Notes: a model not told the origin generated them from the letters alone. Shown: positions 54,618 to 63,970, counted from the first letter of the stretch. The stretch: 64,000 nucleotides of DNA from Clostridiales bacterium (GCA_003522145.1 DPGD01000042.1:4945-68944); one strand, 5' to 3'. Numbers and translations are program-made.

Positions 54618-55721
54618 ATGAAAAAAATGATTGCATTGCTGTTGGCGCTTCTGGCGGTAGGAGCTTTGGCTGCCTGCGGTGGGGCATCCACTTCGGGCAT
54701 TACTCCCACAGTCTCGCCCAGCACCGAAACCGGCAGTATTTCGTCCCAGACAGATTCCTCTACACCGGGGGCCTCCACGGCCACCCCTTCTGTCCCGACT
54801 TCATCCCAAGAATCGGGTGCGACCACAGGCACACTCTCTCCTGCAACCGAGACATCCACACCCGCTACCCCGTCCACTCCGACTCCGACTTCCACGCTCA
54901 CGCCCACACCGATGGAGGAGAAGATTGTGGCGGTTTATAAAAGCGGCGATGACGAAATCAAGGCGGAAGGAACCGATTCGGTGGTTCTGAAGCCCACCAA
55001 AAAACCGGTCGCAGGGGACACCATTACCGTAACCGCACCCACCAACTATTTGAAGGTCAAGCATTCTAAGTTCGGCGAGACGATTCTTTATCTGCCGGAT
55101 AAGATCTTCACCTATGTACATCAGAGCAATGCAAGCGTGTATATGTCCTCTTTGGTGTTGAATAAGGCGCTGACCCTGACCTTCTCAACTCCTACGGAGG
55201 AGGAATTGGCCGCCAAAAGAAATCTGGCCCTGAACCCCTACGATTTCGCCACGGGAAATGTGGGCTTCCCTCACGCAGCCAGCAACAATGTGTACGACCA
55301 GAGCGGTCAGTTCATTCCCCGGAATGCCATTGACGGCGTTGCCACCAACAAGGGACACGGCAACACGCCCTACCAGTCCTGGGGGCCCAAAGCTACGGTG
55401 CTCAAAACCGACTATTTCACCATCGATTTCGGCAGAGCAGTAACCATTGATTCGGTGGTGCTCTATCTTCGTGCTGACGGCTTCGGCGGAAGCAACTCTC
55501 ACGACGCCTATTTCAAGGAGATCACGCTGGAGTTCTCCGATGGTTCTTCGGTGACGGTCAACCCGACCAAGACCGCCGATGCCCAGACCTTTGATTTTGA
55601 TGCCGTGACCACAACCTATGTGAAGCTGACCGGTTTTGTTACCGACAAAACCGATTCCCAGGGCTGGGCGGCTATCACCGAGATTCAGGTAATGGGTTGC
55701 GAGGCTGTCGGAAACGAATAA
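54618..55721 (+). CDS. Lipoprotein with S/T/P-rich linker and C-terminal discoidin (F5/8 type C)-like domain
   Basis: Lipobox GALAAC. Long STP-rich region. C-terminal NAIDGV...YQSW...YFTIDFG..VTIDSVVLYLRA...WAAITEIQVMG resembles galactose-binding-like domains. Confidence 0.7.
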   Translation: MKKMIALLLALLAVGALAACGGASTSGITPTVSPSTETGSISSQTDSSTPGASTATPSVPTSSQESGATTGTLSPATETSTPATPSTPTPTSTLTPTPMEEKIVAVYKSGDDEIKAEGTDSVVLKPTKKPVAGDTITVTAPTNYLKVKHSKFGETILYLPDKIFTYVHQSNASVYMSSLVLNKALTLTFSTPTEEELAAKRNLALNPYDFATGNVGFPHAASNNVYDQSGQFIPRNAIDGVATNKGHGNTPYQSWGPKATVLKTDYFTIDFGRAVTIDSVVLYLRADGFGGSNSHDAYFKEITLEFSDGSSVTVNPTKTADAQTFDFDAVTTTYVKLTGFVTDKTDSQGWAAITEIQVMGCEAVGNE

Positions 55722-55854
55722 AATGCATCGGAGAGCTGCTTTGCCCCAGGGCAGAGACAGCGCCGAGAATGTTTGGAACGGAAATATTCCGATGGGGCAA
55801 TGGGTCAGGAAGCCCGGTTGTGAGAAAGTCCGTTCCGAAAAGGATTCATAACAG

Positions 55855-55902
55855 AAAACCCAGACAAAGTCGAGTGTATTTCCTTGATTTTGTCTGGGTT
55901 TT
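55855..55902 (+). terminator. Hairpin terminator after the discoidin-like lipoprotein gene
   Basis: AAAACCCAGACAAA-20-nt loop-TTTGTCTGGGTTTT. Confidence 0.6.
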
Positions 55903-56048
55903 CCTGCTCCTCTGTTCATTTTTTCGGCAGGCGTTCCTTGAAAATGATTTTTAGGCTCTGCAAAGGCATCCCCGCACAGCGGGGAAGGGCGTTTCTGCTT
56001 CAGACTTTGCCGCAAAATGGCCTGAATCCCGCCGCCGAAGATACTTTG

Positions 56049-56096
56049 TATATTTGAATATTCAGATATTTAGATATTTAGATATTCAGAGATTCC
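56049..56096. repeat. Tandem 8-nt repeat ATATTYRR, six units
   Basis: ATATTTGA ATATTCAG ATATTTAG ATATTTAG ATATTCAG AGATTCCT. Confidence 0.8.
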
Positions 56097-56308
56097 TTTT
56101 TGCAGTCCTTTTTTGAAGGGGCTTCGTTTCGGCTTGGGAGAGGTTCCACGGAAGAATAGATGCGCTTCTACGGGAGCAGTGAGATTTCGCCCTGCAAAAT
56201 CTGCGGGCAGCAGTGTGCAAATTGCATAATACTGCATTTTGAAATGACGGATTTTGCGGTGGATATTCCAAAATCCGACCGTTGGAGTAAAAATTCTGAA
56301 AAAACCTC

Positions 56309-56337
56309 TTGACAAAAGAAGAGAATGCAGATATAAT
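56309..56337 (+). promoter_or_regulatory. feo operon promoter
   Basis: TTGACA, a 17-nt spacer and TATAAT. Confidence 0.8.
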
Positions 56338-56341
56338 GATC

Positions 56342-56393
56342 TTGGTTAGCGAAAGCTAACTACTTTTTGGGCGATTGGTTAGCGTATACTAAT
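56342..56393. promoter_or_regulatory. Two candidate metalloregulator operators just downstream of the feo promoter
   Basis: TTGGTTAGC-GAAA-GCTAAC (56342-60, a perfect 6+4+6 palindrome) and TTGGTTAGC-GTAT-ACTAAT (56375-93). Confidence 0.6.
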
Positions 56394-56422
56394 TAAAGAA
56401 TTGCCCGGAGGAAGGAGAGAAT

Positions 56423-56635
56423 ATGATGCCACTTACACTTGCAGAAATCGGGGAAGAAAACCGAATAAAGAAAATCGGAGGCAGGCAAGAGGTGAAGGCT
56501 CACCTCGAAAATCTCGGTTTTGTTGTGGGCGGAGCTGTTACGGTGATCAATACCATCGGCGGGAATGTCATTGTGAATGTGAAGGAGTCCCGGATAGCGG
56601 TCAGCCGGGAAATGGCACAAAAAATCATGATTTGA
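56423..56635 (+). CDS. feoA: FeoA family protein
   Basis: 70 aa. LTLAEIGEENRIKKIGGRQEVKAHLENLGFVVGGAVTVI is a FeoA SH3-like pattern. Confidence 0.88.
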   Translation: MMPLTLAEIGEENRIKKIGGRQEVKAHLENLGFVVGGAVTVINTIGGNVIVNVKESRIAVSREMAQKIMI

Positions 56636-56688
56636 TTTTTTCCGGCGGCGGAAACAATAAATTACACAATTCAAGGAGGAAAACAGGC

Positions 56689-56910
56689 ATGAAAACGCTG
56701 AAACAGGCAAAAGTCGGCGACAGGGTCCGGGTGGTAAAGCTCCACGGCGAGGGCGCAGTCAAGCGGCGGATTATGGACATGGGACTGACGAAGGGTGTGG
56801 AGGTATATATCCGTAAGGTAGCGCCGCTTGGCGATCCGGTGGAGGTGACCGTCCGGGGCTATGAACTTTCGATTCGCAAAGCGGATGCGGAAATGATTGA
56901 AATAGAGTAG
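56689..56910 (+). CDS. feoA: FeoA family protein, second copy
   Basis: 73 aa. LKQAKVGDRVRVVKLHGEGAVKRRIMDMGLTKGVEVYI. AAGGAGGA RBS. Confidence 0.88.
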   Translation: MKTLKQAKVGDRVRVVKLHGEGAVKRRIMDMGLTKGVEVYIRKVAPLGDPVEVTVRGYELSIRKADAEMIEIE

Positions 56911-56956
56911 GAACATAAGAATCTGAAGGGAGCATATCCCTGTATTTTTTGAAGCA

Positions 56957-56975
56957 TTGGTTAGCATTGGCTAAC
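56957..56975. promoter_or_regulatory. Third copy of the feo palindromic operator, immediately upstream of feoB
   Basis: TTGGTTAGC-ATTG-GCTAAC, 22 nt before the feoB ATG. Confidence 0.55.
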
Positions 56976-56997
56976 AGAGAAAGTGAGGAATGGACAA

Positions 56998-59415
56998 ATG
57001 GATTTGCGCATTGCCCTTGCGGGGAACCCGAACAGCGGGAAAACGACCCTGTTTAACGCACTGACCGGCTCCAACCAGTTTGTCGGGAACTGGCCGGGTG
57101 TGACGGTGGAGAAAAAAGAAGGAAAGCTGAAAAAGCACGACGGCGTGGTGATTACCGATCTGCCCGGAATATATTCACTTTCCCCCTATACGCTGGAGGA
57201 AGTGGTGGCGAGAAATTATCTGATTACCGAGCGCCCCGATGCGATTCTGAACATCGTTGACGGCACGAACTTGGAGCGGAACCTGTATCTGACCACCCAG
57301 CTGACCGAGCTTGGAATCCCGGTTGTTGTCGCCATCAATATGATGGATGCCGTGAAAAAGAGCGGAGACAAAATCAACATCGAGGAGCTGTCCAGAGAAC
57401 TGGGCTGTAAGGTGGTTGAAATCTCTGCACTCAAGGGTATCGGCATCCTGGAAGCGGCGGAAGCGGCCATTGATGCGGCTAAGAACGGCAAGACCGTTCC
57501 CATGCACACCTTCCAGGGGACGGTTGAACACGCCTTGGCCCATATCGAAGAAGCGGCCGTACATCATATGCCGGAGGAACAACAGCGTTGGTATTCCATC
57601 AAGATTTTTGAGCGGGATGACAAGGTTCTGGAACAGATGCAGCTGGATCAGGCGGTCTTAGACCACATAGAGGCCGATATCAAGGCTGTGGAAGATGAAA
57701 TGGAGGACGATGCGGAATCGATCATCACCAACGAACGCTATATTTATATCGGTCAGATTCTCAAGGGCTGTTATAAGAAAAAATCTGCGGGAAAGCTTTC
57801 GGTTTCCGACAAAATCGACAGGGTGGTCACCAACCGCTTTGCGGCCCTTCCCATTTTTGCGGCCGTGATGTTCTTGGTATACTACATTGCCGTTTCGACC
57901 GTCGGTACCTTTGCTACGGATTGGGCAAACGATGGCGTGTTTGGTGACGGATGGCATTTATTTGGCATAGGCTCCTCCGCTTATGAGAAAGCAATGACCG
58001 ATTATGCGGTTGAAAAGGTCTGGACCGACGAAATGCTCTTTACGGTGGATGCCGCCGCCGAAAAAGGTGTTGTCGGCGCCGAGGAGATTCAGTCTGCCAT
58101 TGCAGAACAGGATTTTGGTGCGTTTGACGAAGCCTACGGCTCTTATGCCGATTCTTTGGCAGAAGCCGGCTATGATATTTCCGCAATTTATGATGAAGCC
58201 CTCGGAGAAGAAGCAGAGGGCGTGCCGGACCCGTCTGCATACGGTGTGTGGGTCCCCGGCATTCCCGTTCTTGCCGAGAAAGGTCTTGAAGCCGCAAACA
58301 GCCCTGAATGGCTGAACGGTCTGCTCCTTGACGGTATCATCGGCGGTGTCGGCGCAGTTCTCGGCTTTGTACCCCAGATGCTGGTGCTTTTTATTCTCCT
58401 GGCGTTCTTGGAATCCTGCGGCTACATGGCCCGAATCGCTTTTGTGCTGGACCGTATTTTCCGCAAATTCGGTCTTTCCGGCAAGTCTTTCATCCCGATG
58501 CTCATCGGTACCGGCTGCGGCGTTCCCGGAATTATGGCCTCCCGTACCATTGAAAACGAGCGAGACCGCCGTATGACGATCATGACCACCACCTTTATCC
58601 CCTGCGGCGCAAAGCTGCCGATTATCGCCCTGATTGCCTCTGCTCTCTTCGGCGGTGCATGGTGGGTGGCCCCCAGCGCCTATTTCATCGGTATTGCCGC
58701 TATTATTGTTTCCGGTATCATGCTGAAAAAAACAAAAATGTTTGCCGGTGATCCCGCTCCCTTCGTTATGGAGCTTCCCGCATACCACTGGCCGACCGTG
58801 GGCAATGTGCTTCGTTCCATGTGGGAACGGGCCTGGTCCTTCATCAAAAAGGCAGGTACGATTATCCTTCTTTCCTCCATTGTCATCTGGGCCGGCTCCT
58901 GCTTTGGCGTGGCGGAAGGCTCCTTCACCTTCAGCACCGAAATGGAGCTGGAAAACAGCCTGCTGGGCATCATCGGAAATGCACTCTGCTGGATCTTTAC
59001 CCCCCTTGGATTCGGCAACATCAAGGCGACGGTGGCGACCATCATGGGACTGGTTGCCAAGGAAGAAGTGGTCGGAGTGTTCGGAGTGCTGGATTTTGAG
59101 GGCATGACCCGTCTTGCCGCTTACTCCTTCTTGGTGTTCAATCTGCTGTGCGCTCCCTGCTTTGCGGCCATCGGAGCCATCAAGCGGGAGATGAATTCCG
59201 CAAAGTGGACCTGGTTCGCCATCGGCTATCAGTGCGTGTTCGCCTATGCAATCTCCCTGATGATCTATCAATTCGGCTCGATATTCACCGGAAGCCTGAA
59301 TGTAATCGGTCTGATTGCCGCCCTTGCTGTTCTCGCAGCGATGGTGTATATGCTGTTTATCAAGCGCTATTCAGAAGCTACAAAGCTTACAAAGAATGTG
59401 AAGGTTGCAAAATAA
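56998..59415 (+). CDS. feoB: Ferrous iron transporter FeoB
   Basis: G-domain IALAGNPNSGKTTLFNALTG and DLPGIYSL, then a polytopic membrane domain. ATG 56998 lies 8 nt after GAGGAA. Confidence 0.95.
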   Translation: MDLRIALAGNPNSGKTTLFNALTGSNQFVGNWPGVTVEKKEGKLKKHDGVVITDLPGIYSLSPYTLEEVVARNYLITERPDAILNIVDGTNLERNLYLTTQLTELGIPVVVAINMMDAVKKSGDKINIEELSRELGCKVVEISALKGIGILEAAEAAIDAAKNGKTVPMHTFQGTVEHALAHIEEAAVHHMPEEQQRWYSIKIFERDDKVLEQMQLDQAVLDHIEADIKAVEDEMEDDAESIITNERYIYIGQILKGCYKKKSAGKLSVSDKIDRVVTNRFAALPIFAAVMFLVYYIAVSTVGTFATDWANDGVFGDGWHLFGIGSSAYEKAMTDYAVEKVWTDEMLFTVDAAAEKGVVGAEEIQSAIAEQDFGAFDEAYGSYADSLAEAGYDISAIYDEALGEEAEGVPDPSAYGVWVPGIPVLAEKGLEAANSPEWLNGLLLDGIIGGVGAVLGFVPQMLVLFILLAFLESCGYMARIAFVLDRIFRKFGLSGKSFIPMLIGTGCGVPGIMASRTIENERDRRMTIMTTTFIPCGAKLPIIALIASALFGGAWWVAPSAYFIGIAAIIVSGIMLKKTKMFAGDPAPFVMELPAYHWPTVGNVLRSMWERAWSFIKKAGTIILLSSIVIWAGSCFGVAEGSFTFSTEMELENSLLGIIGNALCWIFTPLGFGNIKATVATIMGLVAKEEVVGVFGVLDFEGMTRLAAYSFLVFNLLCAPCFAAIGAIKREMNSAKWTWFAIGYQCVFAYAISLMIYQFGSIFTGSLNVIGLIAALAVLAAMVYMLFIKRYSEATKLTKNVKVAK

Positions 59416-59441
59416 GCAAACAGGAACAGGAGGTGTATGGA

Positions 59442-59615
59442 ATGCTTGCATGGCTTGGGGAAAACATTGCAACGATCATCATCTGTGCCGTTTTGATTGC
59501 CGTTGTTGCAGCGGTCATCGTCAGAATGGTGAAAAACAAGAAAAAAGGCAAATCCTCCTGCGGATGCGGATGCGCAGATTGCCCCGCAGGCGGCTCTTGC
59601 CACTCTAAAAAATAA
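59442..59615 (+). CDS. FeoB-associated Cys-rich membrane protein
   Basis: 57 aa with one TM segment, then KKGKSSCGCGCADCPAGGSCH. AGGAGGTG RBS. Confidence 0.85.
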   Translation: MLAWLGENIATIIICAVLIAVVAAVIVRMVKNKKKGKSSCGCGCADCPAGGSCHSKK

Positions 59616-59636
59616 TATTTCCGGAGAATCCTCATA

Positions 59637-59672
59637 CAGGGAGACGCAAAAACCAGGCTTGCGTCTCCCTGT
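59637..59672. terminator. Hairpin between the convergent feo operon and mazF-like gene
   Basis: CAGGGAGACGCAA-aaaccaggc-TTGCGTCTCCCTG (13-bp perfect stem). No clear U-tract on either strand. Confidence 0.5.
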
Positions 59673-59779
59673 ATACGATTCAGGGTCCTTCTTTGATGCA
59701 TTTTTAAAAGCCGACCGATGTGCGCACATGGCCGCTCGGTCTGCCGGGTTCCTGTGCCTTTGTTGAGGTACTCCCCGGT

Positions 59780-60214
59780 TTATTTTTCCTCTTCCTTCGG
59801 GAGAGCGAGCGTGGAGGCGGCAACGGCGCGGCCCGGTTCTTCTCCCAGAAGCAGATGTCTGGGAGCAAGGCCCAGACTGACCAAAAGCGCTTTATCCACT
59901 GCCGGCATGAGATTTTCGGAAAGGCGGCCCACTTTTTCCCGTAAACGGCGTTTATCCAGAGTGCGTACCTGTTCTAAAAGCACCACCGAGTCCTTCGCCA
60001 GCCCCTGTTCCGGGTCATCCTCTATGTTTATGTCAATATGGGTGGGCAGTTTGGTTTTGCCCATACGGCTGGTGATAGCGGCGGCGATGACGGTGGGGCT
60101 GTATTTGTTGCCCACATCGTTCTGAATAATCAGAACCGGGCGCAGTCCCCCTTGTTCCGAACCGATGACCGGGCTTAAATCGGCATAAAATATATCTCCT
60201 CTTCTGACAATCAT
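59780..60214 (-). CDS. mazF: MazF/PemK-family endoribonuclease toxin (EndoA/NdoA-like) with a ~25-aa C-terminal extension
   Basis: [71 protein letters not shown] is collinear with B. subtilis EndoA through ..ALLVSLGL. It then continues [38 protein letters not shown]. Confidence 0.88.
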   Translation of the reverse strand: MIVRRGDIFYADLSPVIGSEQGGLRPVLIIQNDVGNKYSPTVIAAAITSRMGKTKLPTHIDINIEDDPEQGLAKDSVVLLEQVRTLDKRRLREKVGRLSENLMPAVDKALLVSLGLAPRHLLLGEEPGRAVAASTLALPKEEEK

Positions 60215-60433
60215 GTTTTGTCGTTCCTTTCTTTGACTTTTCACCTCTATTGTTGACCGGAATATTCCTTTTCTAAACAGGTAATTTTTACCCGCAGACA
60301 AAAAATCAAGGGACGGTCACTAACAGTCTATTCGTTTTTCTTTTCTGCTGTGTGGGAGAAAAAGAATACCTCTTGTATTTTTCCCGCCTCTCTGTTATAA
60401 TAAAAACAGGAATGAATGTGTGGAGAATTGCTT

Positions 60434-61504
60434 ATGAAACTGAGAAAAGTCACGGTAGTGTTGCTTCTTTTGGCGCTTTGCCTCTCTTTGGCCTCCTGCG
60501 GAAGCAACGACGGGCTGTCCATTGCCTGCGTGGGTTATGTGAAGGGCGAAGCGGGCAGTGTGCAGAATGAAAAGAACGGAGAGGAACGGTATATTCTGCC
60601 GGCGGAATTTGTCAGAAGCTTTGCGGTGTATACTGCCTCCGAAAAAGGAGCGCTTTCCTTGGAGACCGGGGCGCAGGTGCTCTATAGCTACGACAAAATT
60701 TACATGAAGACCCTTGTGGAGTCGGCTTCCGGCGAGCCGCAGGCGTTTTTGTCAAAAATGAACGAAGTGGCAACGCTGGCCGGCACCTCCCTCCGTTTCG
60801 GCAGTATGACCGGATTGAGGGACAGTGAGGAGGAGCTTTTTGAATATATGGGAAAGGGCTGTGCATTCACGGAAAGCACCGGTACTCTTGAGGATCTGAA
60901 AAAGGCGGCAGAGCTGTTTTTGGAAAATGGGATACTTTGTCGGTTGCTCTCGGCCTATGAATGGGAGATCGGAAGTAAATTTGTTTCTCGAAGCGCTCCG
61001 CTGCTCCAACCCAAGAGCAAATGGTATCTTGAAAACTGCCGGATTTATCTTTCCGGGCAGGCAATCCGAGGGACGAAAAATGCCTTTATCGCTCTGGCGG
61101 CTGTGGAGGAAGAGGGGAGAGTCTCTTTTGCCGTGGTGGCGGAACAGAGCGGGGAGGACGATCCCACCAATTTTGCGGCGGTGGATGCCGGAAATCTTTG
61201 CGGCAGTGTGTTCGGAATAGATTACGGCTTTTCCTTCAGCTCCACGGAGCTTTCCGGCGGCGGAGGGATCACGGTGGGCGCCACCATTTTCAAGATCACC
61301 ATTCTGGTGCTGGTGGTTGTTTTGGCGGGATTGCTTGTCCTGCTCATCATAGTGGGCACCATGGAACGATTCAAGCGGAACCGGGCGGCAAGAATCAAGT
61401 ATGCGCCCCCGAAGGAGAAACCCGGTCGGGAAGAGAGTGTTGGACCGGAGGAAGGCACCGGAGAAGAGGAAAAAACAGCGGAAGAAAAGGATTCAAAAGA
61501 ATAA
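60434..61504 (+). CDS. Hypothetical lipoprotein with an additional C-terminal TM segment and acidic/basic tail
   Basis: Lipobox LSLASC. C-terminal ITILVLVVVLAGLLVLLIIVG, then RFKRNRAARIKY...EEEKTAEEKDSKE. No family recognised. Confidence 0.6.
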   Translation: MKLRKVTVVLLLLALCLSLASCGSNDGLSIACVGYVKGEAGSVQNEKNGEERYILPAEFVRSFAVYTASEKGALSLETGAQVLYSYDKIYMKTLVESASGEPQAFLSKMNEVATLAGTSLRFGSMTGLRDSEEELFEYMGKGCAFTESTGTLEDLKKAAELFLENGILCRLLSAYEWEIGSKFVSRSAPLLQPKSKWYLENCRIYLSGQAIRGTKNAFIALAAVEEEGRVSFAVVAEQSGEDDPTNFAAVDAGNLCGSVFGIDYGFSFSSTELSGGGGITVGATIFKITILVLVVVLAGLLVLLIIVGTMERFKRNRAARIKYAPPKEKPGREESVGPEEGTGEEEKTAEEKDSKE

Positions 61505-61634
61505 AAACGAAAAACGAAAGGGCAGACTGGTGCGCCTTCAGATGGCCGACAGTCTGCCGGAGGTTGAGCTTTCAGCTAATTTCAGTCAGAAGTATGTGCC
61601 CGGAGCAGGAAGTCCAAAGACCGCTTGAAGGTCG

Positions 61635-62204
61635 CTATTCCGAGAAGCCGAAGAATTTCTGAATGCCGTTGAACATTCCTTTTGCAAAGGCGGAGGGGTC
61701 TGTCTCCATCAGATAGGCCTCTGCGGGGGTGGTGATGAAGCCCAGTTCAATGAGAGTGGCGGGCATGGCGGACTTTCGCAGTACATAAAGGGAGGGACGG
61801 GCAAACACCCCCCTTTCGGGAAAACCGGTTTGCGCTGAAATGCCTGCAACGATCTCTTTGGCCAAAGGATAGGCGGGGCTTTCTAAGGAATAGACATAGC
61901 CTTCGCTTCCGGTTGCTGTTTGGTTGGTGGAGGCGTTGGCGTGTATAGAGATGAACCAGTCCGCTCCCCATTCGTTTGCGGCGTTGGTGCGGGCGGCCAG
62001 AGAGGAAGCGTTGCTGGTGCCCAGAATTTCGTCGGGTGAATTTCTTGACAGAAGCACCTCGTAGTTGCCGGTAGCGGTCAGCAATTGTCCTAACTGTCTG
62101 CCCACTTCATAGGTCACATCCTGCTCGTACAGTCCGTTTCCTTCTGCCCCGGCATTGACCCCTCCGGGATTGTGTCCCTGATCAATGAAAATACGAATGG
62201 CCAT
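61635..62204 (-). CDS. N-acetylmuramoyl-L-alanine amidase (Amidase_3 family)
   Basis: IFIDQGHNPGGVNAGAEG, ADWFISIHANAS, and PATLIELGFITTPAEA. AAGGAGG RBS. Confidence 0.9.
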   Translation of the reverse strand: MAIRIFIDQGHNPGGVNAGAEGNGLYEQDVTYEVGRQLGQLLTATGNYEVLLSRNSPDEILGTSNASSLAARTNAANEWGADWFISIHANASTNQTATGSEGYVYSLESPAYPLAKEIVAGISAQTGFPERGVFARPSLYVLRKSAMPATLIELGFITTPAEAYLMETDPSAFAKGMFNGIQKFFGFSE

Positions 62205-62337
62205 ATAATCCTCCTTGAACTCCTTTTCGGAACATTCTTTCTGTATATTTTATGCCTGAAAAGAGAAAATGCTCTTGATTTTTTTCTCCCGCCGTTGTAG
62301 AATACCGAAGGAAAATTCCGAAGAAGGAAAGGTGTGT

Positions 62338-63066
62338 ATGGATTTCAAAAGCAGCAGGAGACTGCTTTCCTGCGCTCGGCGCGCTGTGGAGCAGTACGGG
62401 ATGATTGAGGAGGGAGACCGGATTGCCGTGGGGCTGTCGGGAGGCAAGGACAGCACGGCTCTTTTGTGCATTCTAAAGGAACTGCAGCGGTTCTACCCCA
62501 AGCATTTTGAACTGTCGGCTGTGACCGTGAACACCGGCTTTGAGGGCATGGATTTTTCCCCTTTGCAGGAGCTGTGCGCTTCGATGGAGGTACCCTACAC
62601 GGTGGTGGATTCGGACATTGCCAAGGTGGTATTCGATGTGCGCAAGGAGAGCAATCCCTGTTCGCTCTGCGCTCGGATGCGCAGGGGGCTTCTGCACGAT
62701 ACCATCAAGGCACAAGGATGCAACAAGTTGGCTTTGGGGCACCACAGCGACGATGTGGTCACCACCTTTCTCATGAATCTGTTCAACGAAGGGCGTCTGG
62801 GCTGTTTTTCGCCGGTAACATTCCTTTCCATAAAGGAGCTGTACATGATCCGCCCCTTTATATTTGCGGATGAGGGCGATATACGCTATTTTATCAAGCA
62901 AAACGCCTTGCCGGTCGTTCGCTCCACCTGTCCGGAGGACAAGCACACCGACAGAGAGAAATACAAGCAGATGGTGGAAGAAATGGACCGGGAGAACAAG
63001 GGTCTGAAGCACCGGATTTTTACGGCCATCGAAAAGGGAAATATCGATGGCTTCCGGGTGAAATAA
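62338..63066 (+). CDS. ttcA: TtcA-family PP-loop ATPase (tRNA 2-thiocytidine synthase-like)
   Basis: PP-loop RIAVGLSGGKDS, Cys motifs NPCSLCARMRRG and STCPEDK, and LALGHHSDD. Confidence 0.85.
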   Translation: MDFKSSRRLLSCARRAVEQYGMIEEGDRIAVGLSGGKDSTALLCILKELQRFYPKHFELSAVTVNTGFEGMDFSPLQELCASMEVPYTVVDSDIAKVVFDVRKESNPCSLCARMRRGLLHDTIKAQGCNKLALGHHSDDVVTTFLMNLFNEGRLGCFSPVTFLSIKELYMIRPFIFADEGDIRYFIKQNALPVVRSTCPEDKHTDREKYKQMVEEMDRENKGLKHRIFTAIEKGNIDGFRVK

Positions 63067-63125
63067 GAGAAAAAGAAAAAGAAGTCGGTACAAGGGCGTT
63101 GTATCCACTCCTTTTGTTTTTGGCT

Positions 63126-63821
63126 TTATAAATCGTGTTCAAGAATATGCAAAAGAGCCTGCTCCACGGTTTCAAAAAGCAGGTCGGTACTCTGCAAAGG
63201 CACTTGACCCAGGCCTATGGCGCAGTCGGCAAAGTCAAACATGGGCAGGTCGTTGATCCCGTCGCCCACAGCAATGAATGCGGATGAGGGGATATCCAAC
63301 AGGGAAGAAAGAAGCTCCAGTCCCCGGCGCTTTGTGGCGTTTTCCGGCAGAATATCAAAGCAATCGCACTGTTTATAGACGGTCAGTCCCCCAAGCAGAT
63401 CCGGGTTTTCTGAAAGGATACTCTCAATTTTCCCAAAGGCGGCCCCGGTTTTCGGAAAGGGGGTCAGGCTTATTTCGTTTGGCTGAAACCAGACCGTTTC
63501 TTCGCAGGCTTCAAGAATCTTTTGCTTCAGAAGAGCCAGATGTGCTCGGACCTCTTTTTCCAAGGGCAGAAGGAGGTTCTTGGAAGGCGGCAGGTCAATG
63601 CCGAGCTGGAGCGTACAGCCGTTTTCGCCGATCAGAACAGGCTCCTGCAAGCCCAACTGCCGCACAAAGCCGCAGAGATAAAAAGCAGGCTTTCCCGAAG
63701 AAAAAACAATGCGGTAGCCCTTCCTTTCCAGCTTTTTGAGAAGCTTCACGGTCCGGGCACTTGCCGGCCTTCCGATGGGGGCCGTAGTGTCGTCCAAATC
63801 CAACACCAGAACCGAATGCAT
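63126..63821 (-). CDS. HAD-IIB (Cof-type) phosphatase
   Basis: Motif I VLDLDDT, FSSGKP, and AVGDGINDLPMF. AGGAGGA RBS. Confidence 0.88.
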   Translation of the reverse strand: MHSVLVLDLDDTTAPIGRPASARTVKLLKKLERKGYRIVFSSGKPAFYLCGFVRQLGLQEPVLIGENGCTLQLGIDLPPSKNLLLPLEKEVRAHLALLKQKILEACEETVWFQPNEISLTPFPKTGAAFGKIESILSENPDLLGGLTVYKQCDCFDILPENATKRRGLELLSSLLDIPSSAFIAVGDGINDLPMFDFADCAIGLGQVPLQSTDLLFETVEQALLHILEHDL

Positions 63822-63970
63822 AGGTATTCCTCCTGTTTCTTAGAACTGGTTCATTGTAACACGGTTTTTGGGCGCTGTCAAAGTTTTCTTTGAAAAAAGT
63901 GTATAAAACAAGGAAAAGTTTTCCACACTGTAGAAAACGAGCCTTATAAAAGGTTTTGGGAGGACGGAAT

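Noticed and set aside
56070-56315. 81-aa minus-strand ORF upstream of the feo promoter
   Set aside because: It spans the 8-nt tandem repeat and a repeat fragment, and has no RBS or motifs.
57958-59271. 437-aa ORF antisense to feoB. Similar long antisense ORFs occur at 29619-30863, 32172-33242, 33264-34292, 27343-28443, 47772-48854, 18988-19950, 10347-11129 and 2463-3449.
   Set aside because: All lie opposite genes with strong homology signatures. They have biased, low-complexity composition and lack RBSs, which is typical of stop-poor antisense frames in GC-richer coding DNA.
60328-60522. 64-aa minus-strand ORF upstream of mazF as a candidate antitoxin
   Set aside because: It shows no RHH, AbrB or MazE-like sequence. 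It is separated from mazF by more than 110 nt and overlaps the promoter and 5-prime end of the divergent lipoprotein gene, so it is most likely spurious.
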